40,051 nt of DNA from Minisyncoccota bacterium (GTDB taxonomy: Bacteria; Patescibacteriota; Minisyncoccia; Phycocordibacterales; JAACPR01). The position numbers and the translations under genes were made by a program. Where the stretch lies: NCBI GenBank assembly GCA_043728995.1, contig JAYTLZ010000014.1, positions 1 through 40,051 on the forward strand, written 5' to 3'. The notes below the pieces were generated by a model. It was given only the letters and a program-made list of their open reading frames with translations. It did not search any database and was not told where the DNA came from. Shown piece by piece: positions 7,865 to 17,120 of the stretch; positions within the stretch are counted from its first letter, which is position 1; each line of letters opens with the position of its first letter.

Positions 7865-10800
7865 GCCGTTTGCCCACCTCCATGTCCATAGCCACTATAG
7901 CCTTTTGACGGCTCTGCCCAAGATCAAAGACCTCATTGCAGCTGCCAAAGCAGACGGCCAGACTGCCCTCGCCCTGACTGATAACGGAAACATGTACGGG
8001 ACCATCGACTTCTACGAGAAATGCCGCGAGAACGAGATTAAGCCGATCCTCGGAATCGACGCGTATGTTGCCCTCCGAACACGCAAGGACAAGGAGCGAA
8101 TCGACGCCCGCCGGTCACGTCTGATTCTTTTGGTAAAAAATAACCAAGGATACAAGAACCTCATCGAGCTCGTGACCGATTCCAACATGGAAGGTTTTTA
8201 CTACAAGCCGCGAATCGACAAGGAAACGATTGAGAAATTCCACCACGGAATGATCGCCATCTCCCCATCGTTCAATAGCGAGATCGTGAACGCGCTCGCG
8301 ATGAGTAACGAGACGAAGGCGCTCGAGATTCTCGATTTTTACAAGAAGACATTCGGTGATGACTTCTATATGGAACTCACACACCATCCGGAGATCGACG
8401 GACACGATGCGCGAATGAGCCTTCTGCGTGACTTTGCCAAAAAGACGAACACGAAGTTGGTCGCCGCGTCCGACGTCTACTACATCAAGCCAGACGACCG
8501 CGATGCGCGCAGGACGCTCATGTCGGTACAGAACTCATTTGGAGGAGATGCCCGCTCTGACGACGACGAGGACTTTTCTTTTATTACGCAAAAGCAGGCC
8601 AACGCGTATTTCAAGGAGGACCAGGACGCGCTCGCCAACATCCAGGAGATTATCGACAAGTGCAACATCGAGTTGGAGCTCGACAACTGGGTGTTCCCCG
8701 CTATCGATCTCGACGGACGAGTAGCCAAGGACGTGCTCAAGGAAAAAGCGTACGCCGGAATCGAGAAGCGCATGCTCGAGCGGACAGATGAACTCATTAC
8801 CCGAGTGGAATACGAACTGGACGTGATCGAGACCAAGGGATACTCGCCGTACTTCCTCGTAGTGTCGGACCTGCTTCGTTTCGCCAAGGAGAATGGAATC
8901 GAGTCCAACACTCGAGGATCCGCTGCCGGATCGATGGTTTCCTATTTGATCGGAATTACGACGATTAACCCGATGGAATACAACCTTCCGTTCGAGCGAT
9001 TCCTCAACCCTGATCGACCATCTCCCCCTGATATCGATATGGACTTCGCTGACAACAGACGCGATGACGTGATCGACTATGCGCGTCGCAAGTACGGCGC
9101 ACACAACGTGGCGCAGATCGGTACGTTCGGAAAGATGCTCGCGAAGGGTTCGGTGCGAGATACCGCCCGAGCCATGGGATTCCCCTACGAGATCGGAGAC
9201 ATGGTTGCCAAGCCGATCCCGATGGGAGCGCAAGGATTCCCCATGACGATCAAGCGCGCATTGGCGGACGTTCCTGAATTCATGGAATTGTACAAGACGA
9301 ATGCCGATGCCAAGACCATTATCGACATGGCCCAGAAGATCGAGGGTTGCGCGCGACACATCGGTGTCCATGCTGCGGGAGTGGTTATTTCCCCTACGTC
9401 AATGACTGACTTCGTTCCTGTCCAGATGGATCCCAAGGGCGAAGGCAAGATCATCACGCAGTACGACATGCATTCGGTTGAGAAGGCCGGACTCCTCAAG
9501 TTCGACTTCCTCGGACTCAAGAATCTCAGCATCATCGCGCAGACAGTCAGGATGGCCGACCGAATTTATGGAGAAAAGATCGACACGGATCTCATCCCGC
9601 TCGACGACACAAGGACGTACGAGATGCTTGCGCGCGGTGAGACCGAAGCGACGTTCCAGCTCAACGGAGACGGCATGACGCGCTTCCTCAAAGAGCTTAA
9701 GCCTTCCAACATTCATGACATCAACGCGATGGTGGCGCTCTACCGACCGGGACCGCTCGCCTTTATTCCGGATTACATCGAACGAAAGCACAATCCCGAG
9801 AAGGTGTCGTACTTTGATCCGAAGCTCAAGCCGTTCCTCGAGCCGACGTACGGAATTCTGATCTATCAGGATGACATTCTTCTGATCGCCGTAAACCTTG
9901 CTGGGTACTCATGGGGAGAGGCCGACAAGTTCCGAAAGGCTGTGGGTAAGAAGATCCCGGAGGAAATGGCAAAGCAGAAGGAGAAGTTCATCAAGGGATG
10001 TATCGAGATCGCGGGATTCACCGAGGACAACACGAACAAGCTGTGGGACATGATCGAGACATTTGCCGCGTATGGATTCAACAAGGCGCATGCCGCTTCG
10101 TACGGACGTATCGCCTACGTCACTTCATACCTCAAGGCCAACTTCCCCGTACTCTACATGGCCTCTGTTCTTACTGCCGACTCCGGTGACGTCGAGAAGA
10201 TCGCGACCATGGTACACGAGTGCGAACGTATGGGTATCGAGGTTCTTCCTCCTGATATCAACGAGTCGTTCGCGGAGTTCGGCGTGGTGCCTGGTGAGCG
10301 TGGCAAGGAGGTTATCCGATTCGGACTGACGACCATCAAGAACTTCGGACAAGGAATTGCGGATGCAATTATTATAGAAAGAAAGGCGAACGGAAAGTTC
10401 AACGACATCGAGGAATTCTTCACGCGCGTGATCGATCGTAATTTAAATAAAAAGTCAGTCGAGGCCTTGATCAAGACTGGAGCGTTCGACAGCATCTTCC
10501 CTGATCGCGCTACCCTGCTGCATAATCTGGAGAATCTTTTGAAATTTAATAAAGAAATCGGCAAGACCGACGAGGGACAGGATTCGCTGTTCGCATTTGC
10601 TGGAATAGAAATGTCTCACCTGCACATTGAGCCAGGTCCAGTAATTTCAAAGACTGAAATGCTCGCATGGGAAAAAGAGCTGCTCGGACTCTATGTTACA
10701 GGCAACCCGCTTGATCAGTTCAAGGATCTGATCACCGCAAGCGGCCACAACATCGCCAGCATCAAGGAGAAGACACGCAACGGCGCCACCGCCGTTGTCG

Positions 10801-11030
10801 CTGGACTGATAGAAGAAGCCAAACCAATCCTCACCAAGAAAGGAAACGCCATGGCCTTCCTCAAGATCAAGGACTTCACTGACTCGATCGAGTGCGTGTG
10901 CTTCCCAGAGGTGTATGAAAAGTTCAAGGACATCATCGAGGGTGACGGCTGCGTTGCGGTAAAGGGTGCGCTGTCTGAGCGGAACGGCGAGAAGAGTATT
11001 TTGGTGGATAAGATCAAGAAGCTGGAGTAA
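7857..11030 (+). CDS. dnaE: DNA polymerase III alpha subunit
   Basis: PHP domain MSKPFAHLHVHSHYSLL, plus GYSPYFLVVSDL, YRPGP and FNKAHAASY motifs. The ATG at 7857 lies 7 nt after TATAAT (7844-7849). Confidence 0.95.
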   Translation: MSKPFAHLHVHSHYSLLTALPKIKDLIAAAKADGQTALALTDNGNMYGTIDFYEKCRENEIKPILGIDAYVALRTRKDKERIDARRSRLILLVKNNQGYKNLIELVTDSNMEGFYYKPRIDKETIEKFHHGMIAISPSFNSEIVNALAMSNETKALEILDFYKKTFGDDFYMELTHHPEIDGHDARMSLLRDFAKKTNTKLVAASDVYYIKPDDRDARRTLMSVQNSFGGDARSDDDEDFSFITQKQANAYFKEDQDALANIQEIIDKCNIELELDNWVFPAIDLDGRVAKDVLKEKAYAGIEKRMLERTDELITRVEYELDVIETKGYSPYFLVVSDLLRFAKENGIESNTRGSAAGSMVSYLIGITTINPMEYNLPFERFLNPDRPSPPDIDMDFADNRRDDVIDYARRKYGAHNVAQIGTFGKMLAKGSVRDTARAMGFPYEIGDMVAKPIPMGAQGFPMTIKRALADVPEFMELYKTNADAKTIIDMAQKIEGCARHIGVHAAGVVISPTSMTDFVPVQMDPKGEGKIITQYDMHSVEKAGLLKFDFLGLKNLSIIAQTVRMADRIYGEKIDTDLIPLDDTRTYEMLARGETEATFQLNGDGMTRFLKELKPSNIHDINAMVALYRPGPLAFIPDYIERKHNPEKVSYFDPKLKPFLEPTYGILIYQDDILLIAVNLAGYSWGEADKFRKAVGKKIPEEMAKQKEKFIKGCIEIAGFTEDNTNKLWDMIETFAAYGFNKAHAASYGRIAYVTSYLKANFPVLYMASVLTADSGDVEKIATMVHECERMGIEVLPPDINESFAEFGVVPGERGKEVIRFGLTTIKNFGQGIADAIIIERKANGKFNDIEEFFTRVIDRNLNKKSVEALIKTGAFDSIFPDRATLLHNLENLLKFNKEIGKTDEGQDSLFAFAGIEMSHLHIEPGPVISKTEMLAWEKELLGLYVTGNPLDQFKDLITASGHNIASIKEKTRNGATAVVAGLIEEAKPILTKKGNAMAFLKIKDFTDSIECVCFPEVYEKFKDIIEGDGCVAVKGALSERNGEKSILVDKIKKLE

Positions 11031-11167
11031 GGTCATCCGGACTTGATCCGGGATCCAGTAATAAAGACTTTCTAACGTACTTTCTTGACATTCATTTGAG
11101 GCTTGCTAGACTGAATGCACAAATACCTTCGGGCCTTCTCACGAGTACGATCGTGAGGGTAAAAGAA

Positions 11168-11210
11168 AAGGTCCTTCAAAGTAACGCTTTGAAGGACCTT
11201 TTTACATTTT
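11168..11210. terminator. bidirectional intrinsic terminator
   Basis: AAGGTCCTTCAAAG-taacg-CTTTGAAGGACCTT is a 14-bp stem flanked by A-run and T-run. It overlaps the last codons of the minus-strand toxin ORF. Confidence 0.7.
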
Positions 11211-11562
11211 CAAACGACGATCTTTTCACCCCAATAATAAAGTCACTCAAGCGTTTTGAATCCACCATCCGCACTTGTGACAAAATGCATGATTGTATTT
11301 GTCCATCAGTGAATTCAATAAGGATGTAATATCTGTTATGATCCTTTCGAACAGTGGACAATGGCAGGGTCCAAAACAGATTATTATTAAACTTTTTCAA
11401 GATCAACACAGGCCGTTCAAAATAATCTCCCTTCCCGTCTTCTTCGTCGCCGATATTGAGTCCAAGCTTGCACCACCACACGCTACCCTCCTTTGGATAT
11501 TTAACGCGACTGCTGCCATGGGTCTTTTTCTTTATTCTATTCCAACTGTCAAAATCCTTCAT
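11176..11562 (-). CDS. PemK/MazF-family toxin-like protein
   Basis: The protein reads MKDFDSWNRIKKK...GSVWWCKLGLNIGDEEDGKGDYFERPVLILKKF...PLST. This matches my memory of the PemK/MazF fold consensus (G..W...LG.N.G.E..G...RPVLIL). Confidence 0.7.
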   Translation of the reverse strand: MKDFDSWNRIKKKTHGSSRVKYPKEGSVWWCKLGLNIGDEEDGKGDYFERPVLILKKFNNNLFWTLPLSTVRKDHNRYYILIEFTDGQIQSCILSQVRMVDSKRLSDFIIGVKRSSFENVKRSFKALL

Positions 11563-11683
11563 TCCTAAAGGATACTAAGACCCCATAAATTAATGATAAA
11601 TTAAACATAAAGAAAAAACTGCCTGGAAAAACACCACGTGGGCTTGCGCGCATTCAATATTGCAGTAGTATCGATTCAAACAT

Positions 11684-11914
11684 ATGAAATCGCTCCTTGA
11701 ACAGATCGAAGAAGTTGGCAACAACATTCCAAGTGCACACCATAACCAAGAGAGCCTTGGAAGTTTCCAGCGGCTAATGTACGGTGAAGTGTTCAACTCA
11801 GTAACCAACAGGCCGCACAATGGCTGGAGGATCATTGGCGCCAACAAAGGACTGAAGACCGTTTGGTTTGAGCACGATGACGGCACCAAAGTCTTTTTTC
11901 ATACACCACCCTGA
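11684..11914 (+). CDS. small hypothetical protein
   Basis: 76-aa ORF starting at an ATG, with its own terminator at 11922..11957. Confidence 0.5.
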   Translation: MKSLLEQIEEVGNNIPSAHHNQESLGSFQRLMYGEVFNSVTNRPHNGWRIIGANKGLKTVWFEHDDGTKVFFHTPP

Positions 11915-11921
11915 TTACAAC

Positions 11922-11957
11922 GGGCCCGGAGCAAGCGCTCCGGGCCCGCCTTTATTT
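11922..11957 (+). terminator. intrinsic terminator
   Basis: GGGCCCGGAGC-aagc-GCTCCGGGCCC is an 11-bp stem followed by GCCTTTATTT. Confidence 0.7.
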
Positions 11958-11985
11958 CCCCCATATTTTTGCTACTATACAAAGC

Positions 11986-13719
11986 ATGTCTACCATACAA
12001 GAAAAGCGACACTCACTCGCCCACCTGCTCGCGCAGGCCGTTTTGAATATCTATCCGGATGCCAAACCAACCATTGGGCCAGCCACGGACAACGGCTTCT
12101 ACTACGACTTCGACTTCGGAACGCAGAAGGTTACGGACCATGACCTGGGACGAATCCAGAAGGAAATGAAAAAGCTCCTCCCAACCTGGGACGGGTTTGT
12201 CGCCATTTCAAAATCTGCTGACGAGGCACGCACAGAATACGCACACAATCCCTACAAGCTCGAACTGATCGAGGAGATCGCCGCACGAGGTGAGGAAATC
12301 ACTTTCTACAAGTCCGGAGAATTCACTGACCTGTGCCGAGGCGGCCACGTCGAGCACATGAACGAGATCGATCTTGAGAGTTTCAAGCTGGAACGAATCG
12401 CCGGCGCGTACTGGCGTGGAGACGAGAAGAACGCGATGCTTACGCGAATTTACGGATTGGCTTTTGAGAACAAGGATGAGCTGGACGAGTTCATCGCAAA
12501 CATGGAACTCGCAAAGGAGCGAGACCACCGCAAGCTTGGGAAGGAACTCGGAATCTTTTCTTTCGACAATGACGTTGGCCCAGGACTCCCACTCTGGCTT
12601 CCAAATGGAGGAGCAATGATTGAGGAACTTGAGAAGCTTGCCAAGAAGACCGAGTTCGAATACGAGTACGAGCGTGTAAAGACCCCTCACCTTGCGCGAG
12701 AATCAATGTACCTGACATCCGGTCACCTTCCCTATTACGAGGACTCCATGTACCCACCGATGGAATATGAGGGTGGAAAGTATTACCTCAAGGCCATGAA
12801 CTGTCCCCACCATCACAAGATCTTTGCTTCGGAACCACATAGCTACAAGGATCTACCACTTCGACTCGCTGAGTACGGAACGTGTTACCGACACGAGAAG
12901 TCAGGAGAGCTCTTCGGGCTGATGCGAGTACGCTCAATGCAGATGAACGATGCTCACATTTATTGTACGGAGGAGCAGTTCTTCGACGAGTTCAAGAAGG
13001 TTATCGAAATGTACTTGTACTACTTCAAGGTATTCGGAATCGAGAAATACGTAATGCGACTGTCAAAGCACTCAAAGGATGGCCTTGGCAAGAAGTATAT
13101 CGACGAGCCTGAGCTATGGCTCAAGACTGAAGACATGGTTCGCCAGTGTTTGGTGGATCTCAAAGTACCGTTCGTCGAAGCCGAGAACGAGGGAGCATTC
13201 TATGGTCCAAAGATTGATGTGCAGATCTGGAGCGTTATCGGACGAGAGTTCACTCTCGCGACAAACCAGGTAGACTTCGCTGTACCTGGACGATTCGGAC
13301 TGGTATACACGGACAAGGACGGAACACAGAAGACGCCGCTCTGTATCCATCGAGCACCACTCTCAACTCATGAGCGATTCATTGGATTCCTCATCGAGCA
13401 CTACGCCGGTAACTTCCCTTTCTGGCTTGCTCCGCAGCAAGTCGCTGTCGTACCAGTAAAGGATTCCAACTTTGACGCGGCGCAGGAAATCTACAAGAAG
13501 CTTCGATCTCTTGGAATCAGGGCAAAGATCGACCTTTCAAGCACGGGATTTGGAAAGAAGATTCGAGATGCCAAGAACCTGAAAGTCCCCTACACGATCA
13601 TTATCGGAGACAAGGACATGGAAGCTCAGATGGTTACGCTCGAAAGTCGAGATGACGGCCAGCTGGGACAAAAGACTCATGATGAAATAATCGACCTGTT
13701 CAAGTCGCTTCAGATCTAA
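11986..13719 (+). CDS. thrS: threonine--tRNA ligase lacking the N-terminal TGS domain
   Basis: It starts at the editing-domain HxxxH (KRHSLAHLLAQAV). Class II core motifs are present (AMNCPHHHKIF, RVRSMQMNDAHIY, FYGPKID), followed by a C-terminal anticodon-binding domain. Confidence 0.95.
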   Translation: MSTIQEKRHSLAHLLAQAVLNIYPDAKPTIGPATDNGFYYDFDFGTQKVTDHDLGRIQKEMKKLLPTWDGFVAISKSADEARTEYAHNPYKLELIEEIAARGEEITFYKSGEFTDLCRGGHVEHMNEIDLESFKLERIAGAYWRGDEKNAMLTRIYGLAFENKDELDEFIANMELAKERDHRKLGKELGIFSFDNDVGPGLPLWLPNGGAMIEELEKLAKKTEFEYEYERVKTPHLARESMYLTSGHLPYYEDSMYPPMEYEGGKYYLKAMNCPHHHKIFASEPHSYKDLPLRLAEYGTCYRHEKSGELFGLMRVRSMQMNDAHIYCTEEQFFDEFKKVIEMYLYYFKVFGIEKYVMRLSKHSKDGLGKKYIDEPELWLKTEDMVRQCLVDLKVPFVEAENEGAFYGPKIDVQIWSVIGREFTLATNQVDFAVPGRFGLVYTDKDGTQKTPLCIHRAPLSTHERFIGFLIEHYAGNFPFWLAPQQVAVVPVKDSNFDAAQEIYKKLRSLGIRAKIDLSSTGFGKKIRDAKNLKVPYTIIIGDKDMEAQMVTLESRDDGQLGQKTHDEIIDLFKSLQI

Positions 13720-13747
13720 TCGCCGTTCTCCCGCTTCCGCTGAATAC

Positions 13748-13788
13748 AAAAAGAAAAACCACCGATCTCTCGGTGGTTTTTCTTTTTA
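13748..13788. terminator. bidirectional intrinsic terminator
   Basis: AAAAACCACCGA-tctc-TCGGTGGTTTTTCTTTTT lies between convergent thrS and the surface-protein gene. Confidence 0.85.
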
Positions 13789-13793
13789 ATAGA

Positions 13794-15023
13794 TTATGCT
13801 TTCGCGAGCTTGTTTGCTTCCTTGAAGTTTGCGATTCGATTCGCTACCTCGGACTTGCCCTTCTTGTTTCGAAGAACCATGGCTCCGGCGGCACTCCAGG
13901 CGAGCAGAACTGCTACGAATGCGATTCCCTTGGCTACATCCTCAGGTCCAGTATATGGAACCTGGTTCAGGTAGACAGATCCGACAGTCGGAGGAACGTA
14001 TGGGATTGTTCCGGTCGTGATGTTCACGTCTCGGTCATCCTCGTCCTCGTCGTCTCGAACTCGCACCGTACACGTATCACGAGCCACTCGTCCCTCGTCG
14101 TCAGTTACCCTGAGATCAATCTCATAGGTTCCCTCTCGATCGAATCGGACAGTAATCTCGTCATCGTCTCCGTCGGCATCTCCGGACCAGTCGTACTCGT
14201 ACGGTCGGTCACCTCCCTCAACTCGTGCCTCGAGCGTTACTCGCTCGTTCCTGTCGACAGTCGTTCGGGCTGGTACGCAGATCGCGTCAAAGTCCTCAGG
14301 CTCGTCATCCTCCTCAACTCGTACCTCACACTCAGCAGAGTCAGTTCGACCCCGTGAGTCAGTCACTCGGACTGTCGCTCGGTAGGTTCCCTCGTCGTCA
14401 AATCGTACAGTGACGATTCGGCTTGATGAGGTGAAGTCTCCTGTCCATCGGTATGTGTATGGAGATCGTCCACCGTCCACCTCGGCCTCGAACGTTACTG
14501 ACTCGCCAACCTCGACCGTTCGGTCGGATGGGATACAGATTACGTTTAGGTCCTGTACTGGTGGCTGTGGTGGCGGATTACAGTTTGTCCGACATGGCTC
14601 TGGCCGCGGATTACAGTTTGATCCACAATTGTTCCCCCCGTCGTCGTAGTAGTAATCATCGTCATAGTAGTACTCATCATCGTAATAATAGTCATCATCA
14701 TAGTAGTACTCCTCATCGTCGTAGTAGTATCCGTCGTCGTATGAGTAGTCATCGTAGCCGTAGCCAGAGTCCCACGAGTAGTCATCGTAGCCGTAGCCAG
14801 AGTCCCAACTGTAGTCATCGTAGCCGTAGCCAGAGTCCCACGAGTAGTCATCGTAGCCGTAGCCAGAGTCCCACGAGTAGTCATCGTAGCCGTAGCCAGA
14901 GTCCCAACTGTAATCGTCGTACCCGTATCCGGAATCTTCCCAATCGGCAGAAGCAAACTGAGGAATTATCACGAATGCAAGAATCGCGAGAACTATACTG
15001 ATTTTTTTACTAAAATTTTTCAT
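13794..15023 (-). CDS. secreted repeat protein: signal peptide, 6x DSGYGYDDYSW repeats, D/Y-rich tract, two PKD-like domains, VPYTG sorting-signal-like C-terminus
   Basis: Signal peptide MKNFSKKISIVLAILAFVIIPQFASA. PKD-like segments carry SPYTYRWTGDF and RPYEYDWSGDADG. The C-terminus reads VPYTG, then a hydrophobic stretch, then RNKKGK. Confidence 0.85.
   Translation of the reverse strand: MKNFSKKISIVLAILAFVIIPQFASADWEDSGYGYDDYSWDSGYGYDDYSWDSGYGYDDYSWDSGYGYDDYSWDSGYGYDDYSWDSGYGYDDYSYDDGYYYDDEEYYYDDDYYYDDEYYYDDDYYYDDGGNNCGSNCNPRPEPCRTNCNPPPQPPVQDLNVICIPSDRTVEVGESVTFEAEVDGGRSPYTYRWTGDFTSSSRIVTVRFDDEGTYRATVRVTDSRGRTDSAECEVRVEEDDEPEDFDAICVPARTTVDRNERVTLEARVEGGDRPYEYDWSGDADGDDDEITVRFDREGTYEIDLRVTDDEGRVARDTCTVRVRDDEDEDDRDVNITTGTIPYVPPTVGSVYLNQVPYTGPEDVAKGIAFVAVLLAWSAAGAMVLRNKKGKSEVANRIANFKEANKLAKA
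13797..13961 (-). other. candidate sortase sorting signal (VPYTG + TM + basic tail)
   Basis: Codons gtt cca tat act gga lie at 13947-13961 (reverse strand). They are followed by PEDVAKG-IAFVAVLLAWSAAGAMVL-RNKKGK and a 19-aa extension. Confidence 0.55.
14739..14936 (-). repeat. six tandem 33-bp in-frame repeats
   Basis: The near-identical unit GTAGTCATCGTAGCCGTAGCCAGAGTCCCA(CGA/ACT) on the plus strand encodes DSGYGYDDYSW six times. A D/Y-only tract follows at 14643-14738. Confidence 0.95.
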
Positions 15024-15050
15024 ACCTTTTTATTAATTTGTTATGGTGAT

Positions 15051-15078
15051 AGTATATCACATATACAGATTTTGTCAA
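15051..15078 (-). promoter_or_regulatory. sigma70-like promoter for the repeat-protein gene
   Basis: On the minus strand: TTGACA (plus 15073-15078), a 16-nt spacer, then TATACT (plus 15051-15056) preceded by TGa. Confidence 0.55.
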
Positions 15079-15079
15079 T

Positions 15080-15112
15080 AACTAAAATGAGGGCCCTCGA
15101 AAGGGCCCTCAT
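15080..15112 (-). terminator. intrinsic terminator of ORF 15146..16093
   Basis: ATGAGGGCCC-tcgaaa-GGGCCCTCAT is a 10-bp stem followed on the minus strand by TTTAGTTATT. Confidence 0.65.
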
Positions 15113-15145
15113 GGGTACAGTTTATAGGTAAACTGTCAAAACGTG

Positions 15146-16093
15146 TCATTTGCCACCGGCAACGATAACCACAGGCTTGCGTCCAGGACGGACAGACAGA
15201 CCTTGTGGGACGTTGCTTAGGCTCATCAGCTTTCCAGACGGGCGCTGGGTTTTGAAGTCGATATCGCCGAGCGGACCTGTGTGGTCTGCACCGACGGTAA
15301 TCATCTTGTCACCCGGGCCATAGAGGATGTAGAAGGTTCCGTTGGGGGAAGTCTTCTTTTGCACCCTGACTACTTCCGGCACATCGACGTCGATCGTTGG
15401 ATCGAATTCGGTGCGGCCGACGTCACGAGCTTCGTCTTGAGCTTCGTCATAGCGGTTTGATCCTGCCGAGCCGGTTGTGCGCGTACGTCCTTGTGGACGT
15501 TCAACACGATCAGCTTCCACCTCTTCGCTCGCAGCTTCGACAGATGCCTTGCGGGCATCTTCGAGTGCGGTAACGCGGTCGGCTTCAGCTTTTTTCGCAT
15601 CTGCATCAGCTTTGGCTACCTTGGCCTTTTCGGCCTCGAGTTGCTGTTCAGCCGCCTTGGTTTTTGCCTCGGCAGCCTTAGCAGCGGCATCCGCTTTCTG
15701 CCATTCGTCGCTCCGGTTTTTCAACTGGGCCTCGAAGGTGATCTGCATCTCCTTGGCTTGCTCATCGAACGCCTTCTTCGCCTTGGCGATCTCGGCCTCG
15801 AGCTGTTGCTTGTCGGCAGGGTTGGCAGTCTTGTTGGACGCATCGGCGGCGGTCTTCATTTCGATTTCGGCACGCGACTTTTTGATTGCGTTGCTAGTCT
15901 CAATCTCCCCGAGAAGCCAACCGGTGCCGATGACGGCAACGATGATTGCAAGGATGATGATCAAGGACCACTTGATGATGGATCCCATGAACTCCTTGAA
16001 AAAGCGATTAGCGGGTTTCTTCTTGCCTGGTGTTGCGGCTGGTGTTACTTCTGTTTTCATAACGGTGTAAAAGAACCACTTTTCCATTCTCAA
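15146..16093 (-). CDS. membrane-anchored A/K/E-rich coiled-coil protein
   Basis: It has one N-terminal TM segment (IKWSLIIILAIIVAVIGTGWLLG). A low-complexity AEAKTKAAEQQLEAEKAKVAKADADAKKAEA region follows, then a globular C-terminus. The start may be M12 (16060). Confidence 0.7.
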   Translation of the reverse strand: MRMEKWFFYTVMKTEVTPAATPGKKKPANRFFKEFMGSIIKWSLIIILAIIVAVIGTGWLLGEIETSNAIKKSRAEIEMKTAADASNKTANPADKQQLEAEIAKAKKAFDEQAKEMQITFEAQLKNRSDEWQKADAAAKAAEAKTKAAEQQLEAEKAKVAKADADAKKAEADRVTALEDARKASVEAASEEVEADRVERPQGRTRTTGSAGSNRYDEAQDEARDVGRTEFDPTIDVDVPEVVRVQKKTSPNGTFYILYGPGDKMITVGADHTGPLGDIDFKTQRPSGKLMSLSNVPQGLSVRPGRKPVVIVAGGK

Positions 16094-16287
16094 GCATCTA
16101 CATATCGTTTATCACCTACCAAGGCGATAAAGTGTCCATTTCGGTACACGTGCACGTATGTGTCAACTTTTGAATTGATAGGTCCATACCTTTCTTCAAG
16201 CGATATATTAACATATTATATGAAAAAGTCAATAGCATATGCCATTATTTGCAATTAATAGCTTGTCTCCAGCGAAATAACCAGCAT

Positions 16288-16315
16288 TTGACAAATATAA
16301 TAGAAATGGTATTTT
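16288..16315 (+). promoter_or_regulatory. sigma70-like promoter with extended -10
   Basis: TTGACA at 16288-16293, a 16-nt spacer, then TGgTATTTT with the -10 at 16310-16315. Confidence 0.5.
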
Positions 16316-16352
16316 TCATTTGAATTCAACGCCAAACCAGACAGTCCTGAAC

Positions 16353-17102
16353 ATGAAAAAGTTACACTTGCTCCTCATATCACCTATTGTCCTTAGTTTA
16401 ATTGTGTCCTGCGCTTCTTCCCGACGGCCCAACCATGAACCAGCCGCCAACGCTGCCCAGCCTGAACTGCTGGGTACGCCGGTGGAGATCGACTTAGGGA
16501 CCCACGAGGGTTACGGCTACCGGAATGGAGCTGTCATCAAGTCAAAGGCCAACGACATCTACCCCAATATGGTATCCATGATCGACCTTGACGGGGATGG
16601 CTCGTTTGATTCAGCTCGAGAGCAGTATCTGCCAGGAGACGGAATACGGACATTTTACAACCTCAAAGCTGCAAAAGGTGTCTCACACGTCGAGAACACA
16701 CTGAGTGAGAGGAAGGTTCTTGCGTACTTTGACCTGGGTTACCAGGTCAAGGAACGAGCTCGAAAGATCGCGCAGCCCAATCCTCCGCCGAAAGCAGTCC
16801 AGGTCAACGACTCGAAAAAGCAACGGCAGGAATTTGATCCGGTCGGTCCAGCAAGCAAGAGAAAAGTTACCCAGCCTACACCGGTATCCAAGGTTTCTAA
16901 CCTGTCGACAAAGAGCCGTGCACCCAAGTACGCCACTCAGTCAACCAGCTCAACCAAACTGTCCCCCACCGCCAAGCGACGTTACGATAAGTGGGTTGAG
17001 GCGCAAGAAGCAGCCAAAGCAGACGGCAGGCCGTTGATTGACCTGGACGAATATCCCGGTCCTGACGCAATTGTCGAGCCCACAAGCACGGCGGACAACT
17101 AG
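16353..17102 (+). CDS. lipoprotein, unknown function
   Basis: MKKLHLLLISPIVLSLIVSCASS is a signal peptide plus lipobox (LIVSC). The C-terminal half is P/K/S-rich. Confidence 0.75.
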   Translation: MKKLHLLLISPIVLSLIVSCASSRRPNHEPAANAAQPELLGTPVEIDLGTHEGYGYRNGAVIKSKANDIYPNMVSMIDLDGDGSFDSAREQYLPGDGIRTFYNLKAAKGVSHVENTLSERKVLAYFDLGYQVKERARKIAQPNPPPKAVQVNDSKKQRQEFDPVGPASKRKVTQPTPVSKVSNLSTKSRAPKYATQSTSSTKLSPTAKRRYDKWVEAQEAAKADGRPLIDLDEYPGPDAIVEPTSTADN

Positions 17103-17120
17103 GTTGTCCTATCAAAAACC

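Noticed and set aside
8535-9371. 278-aa minus-strand ORF, plus several others between 8115 and 11036
   Set aside because: These are antisense shadows within dnaE.
11096-11329. 77-aa plus-strand ORF
   Set aside because: It spans the dnaE terminator and is antisense to the MazF-like gene. It has no start context.
11590-11889. 99-aa minus-strand ORF as a MazE-like antitoxin
   Set aside because: It is Cys/Leu-rich and hydrophobic, antisense to ORF 11684..11914, and separated from the toxin by an AT-rich gap with no coupling.
14739-14936. Possible CRISPR array (regular 33-bp periodicity)
   Set aside because: The repeats are directly adjacent with no spacers, and they are in frame within a secreted-protein CDS.
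14453-15001. 182-aa plus-strand ORF with an RSRSQSPTSSH repeat
   Set aside because: It is the antisense reading of the 33-bp tandem repeats. The minus-strand frame has a signal peptide, PKD domains, a promoter and a terminator.
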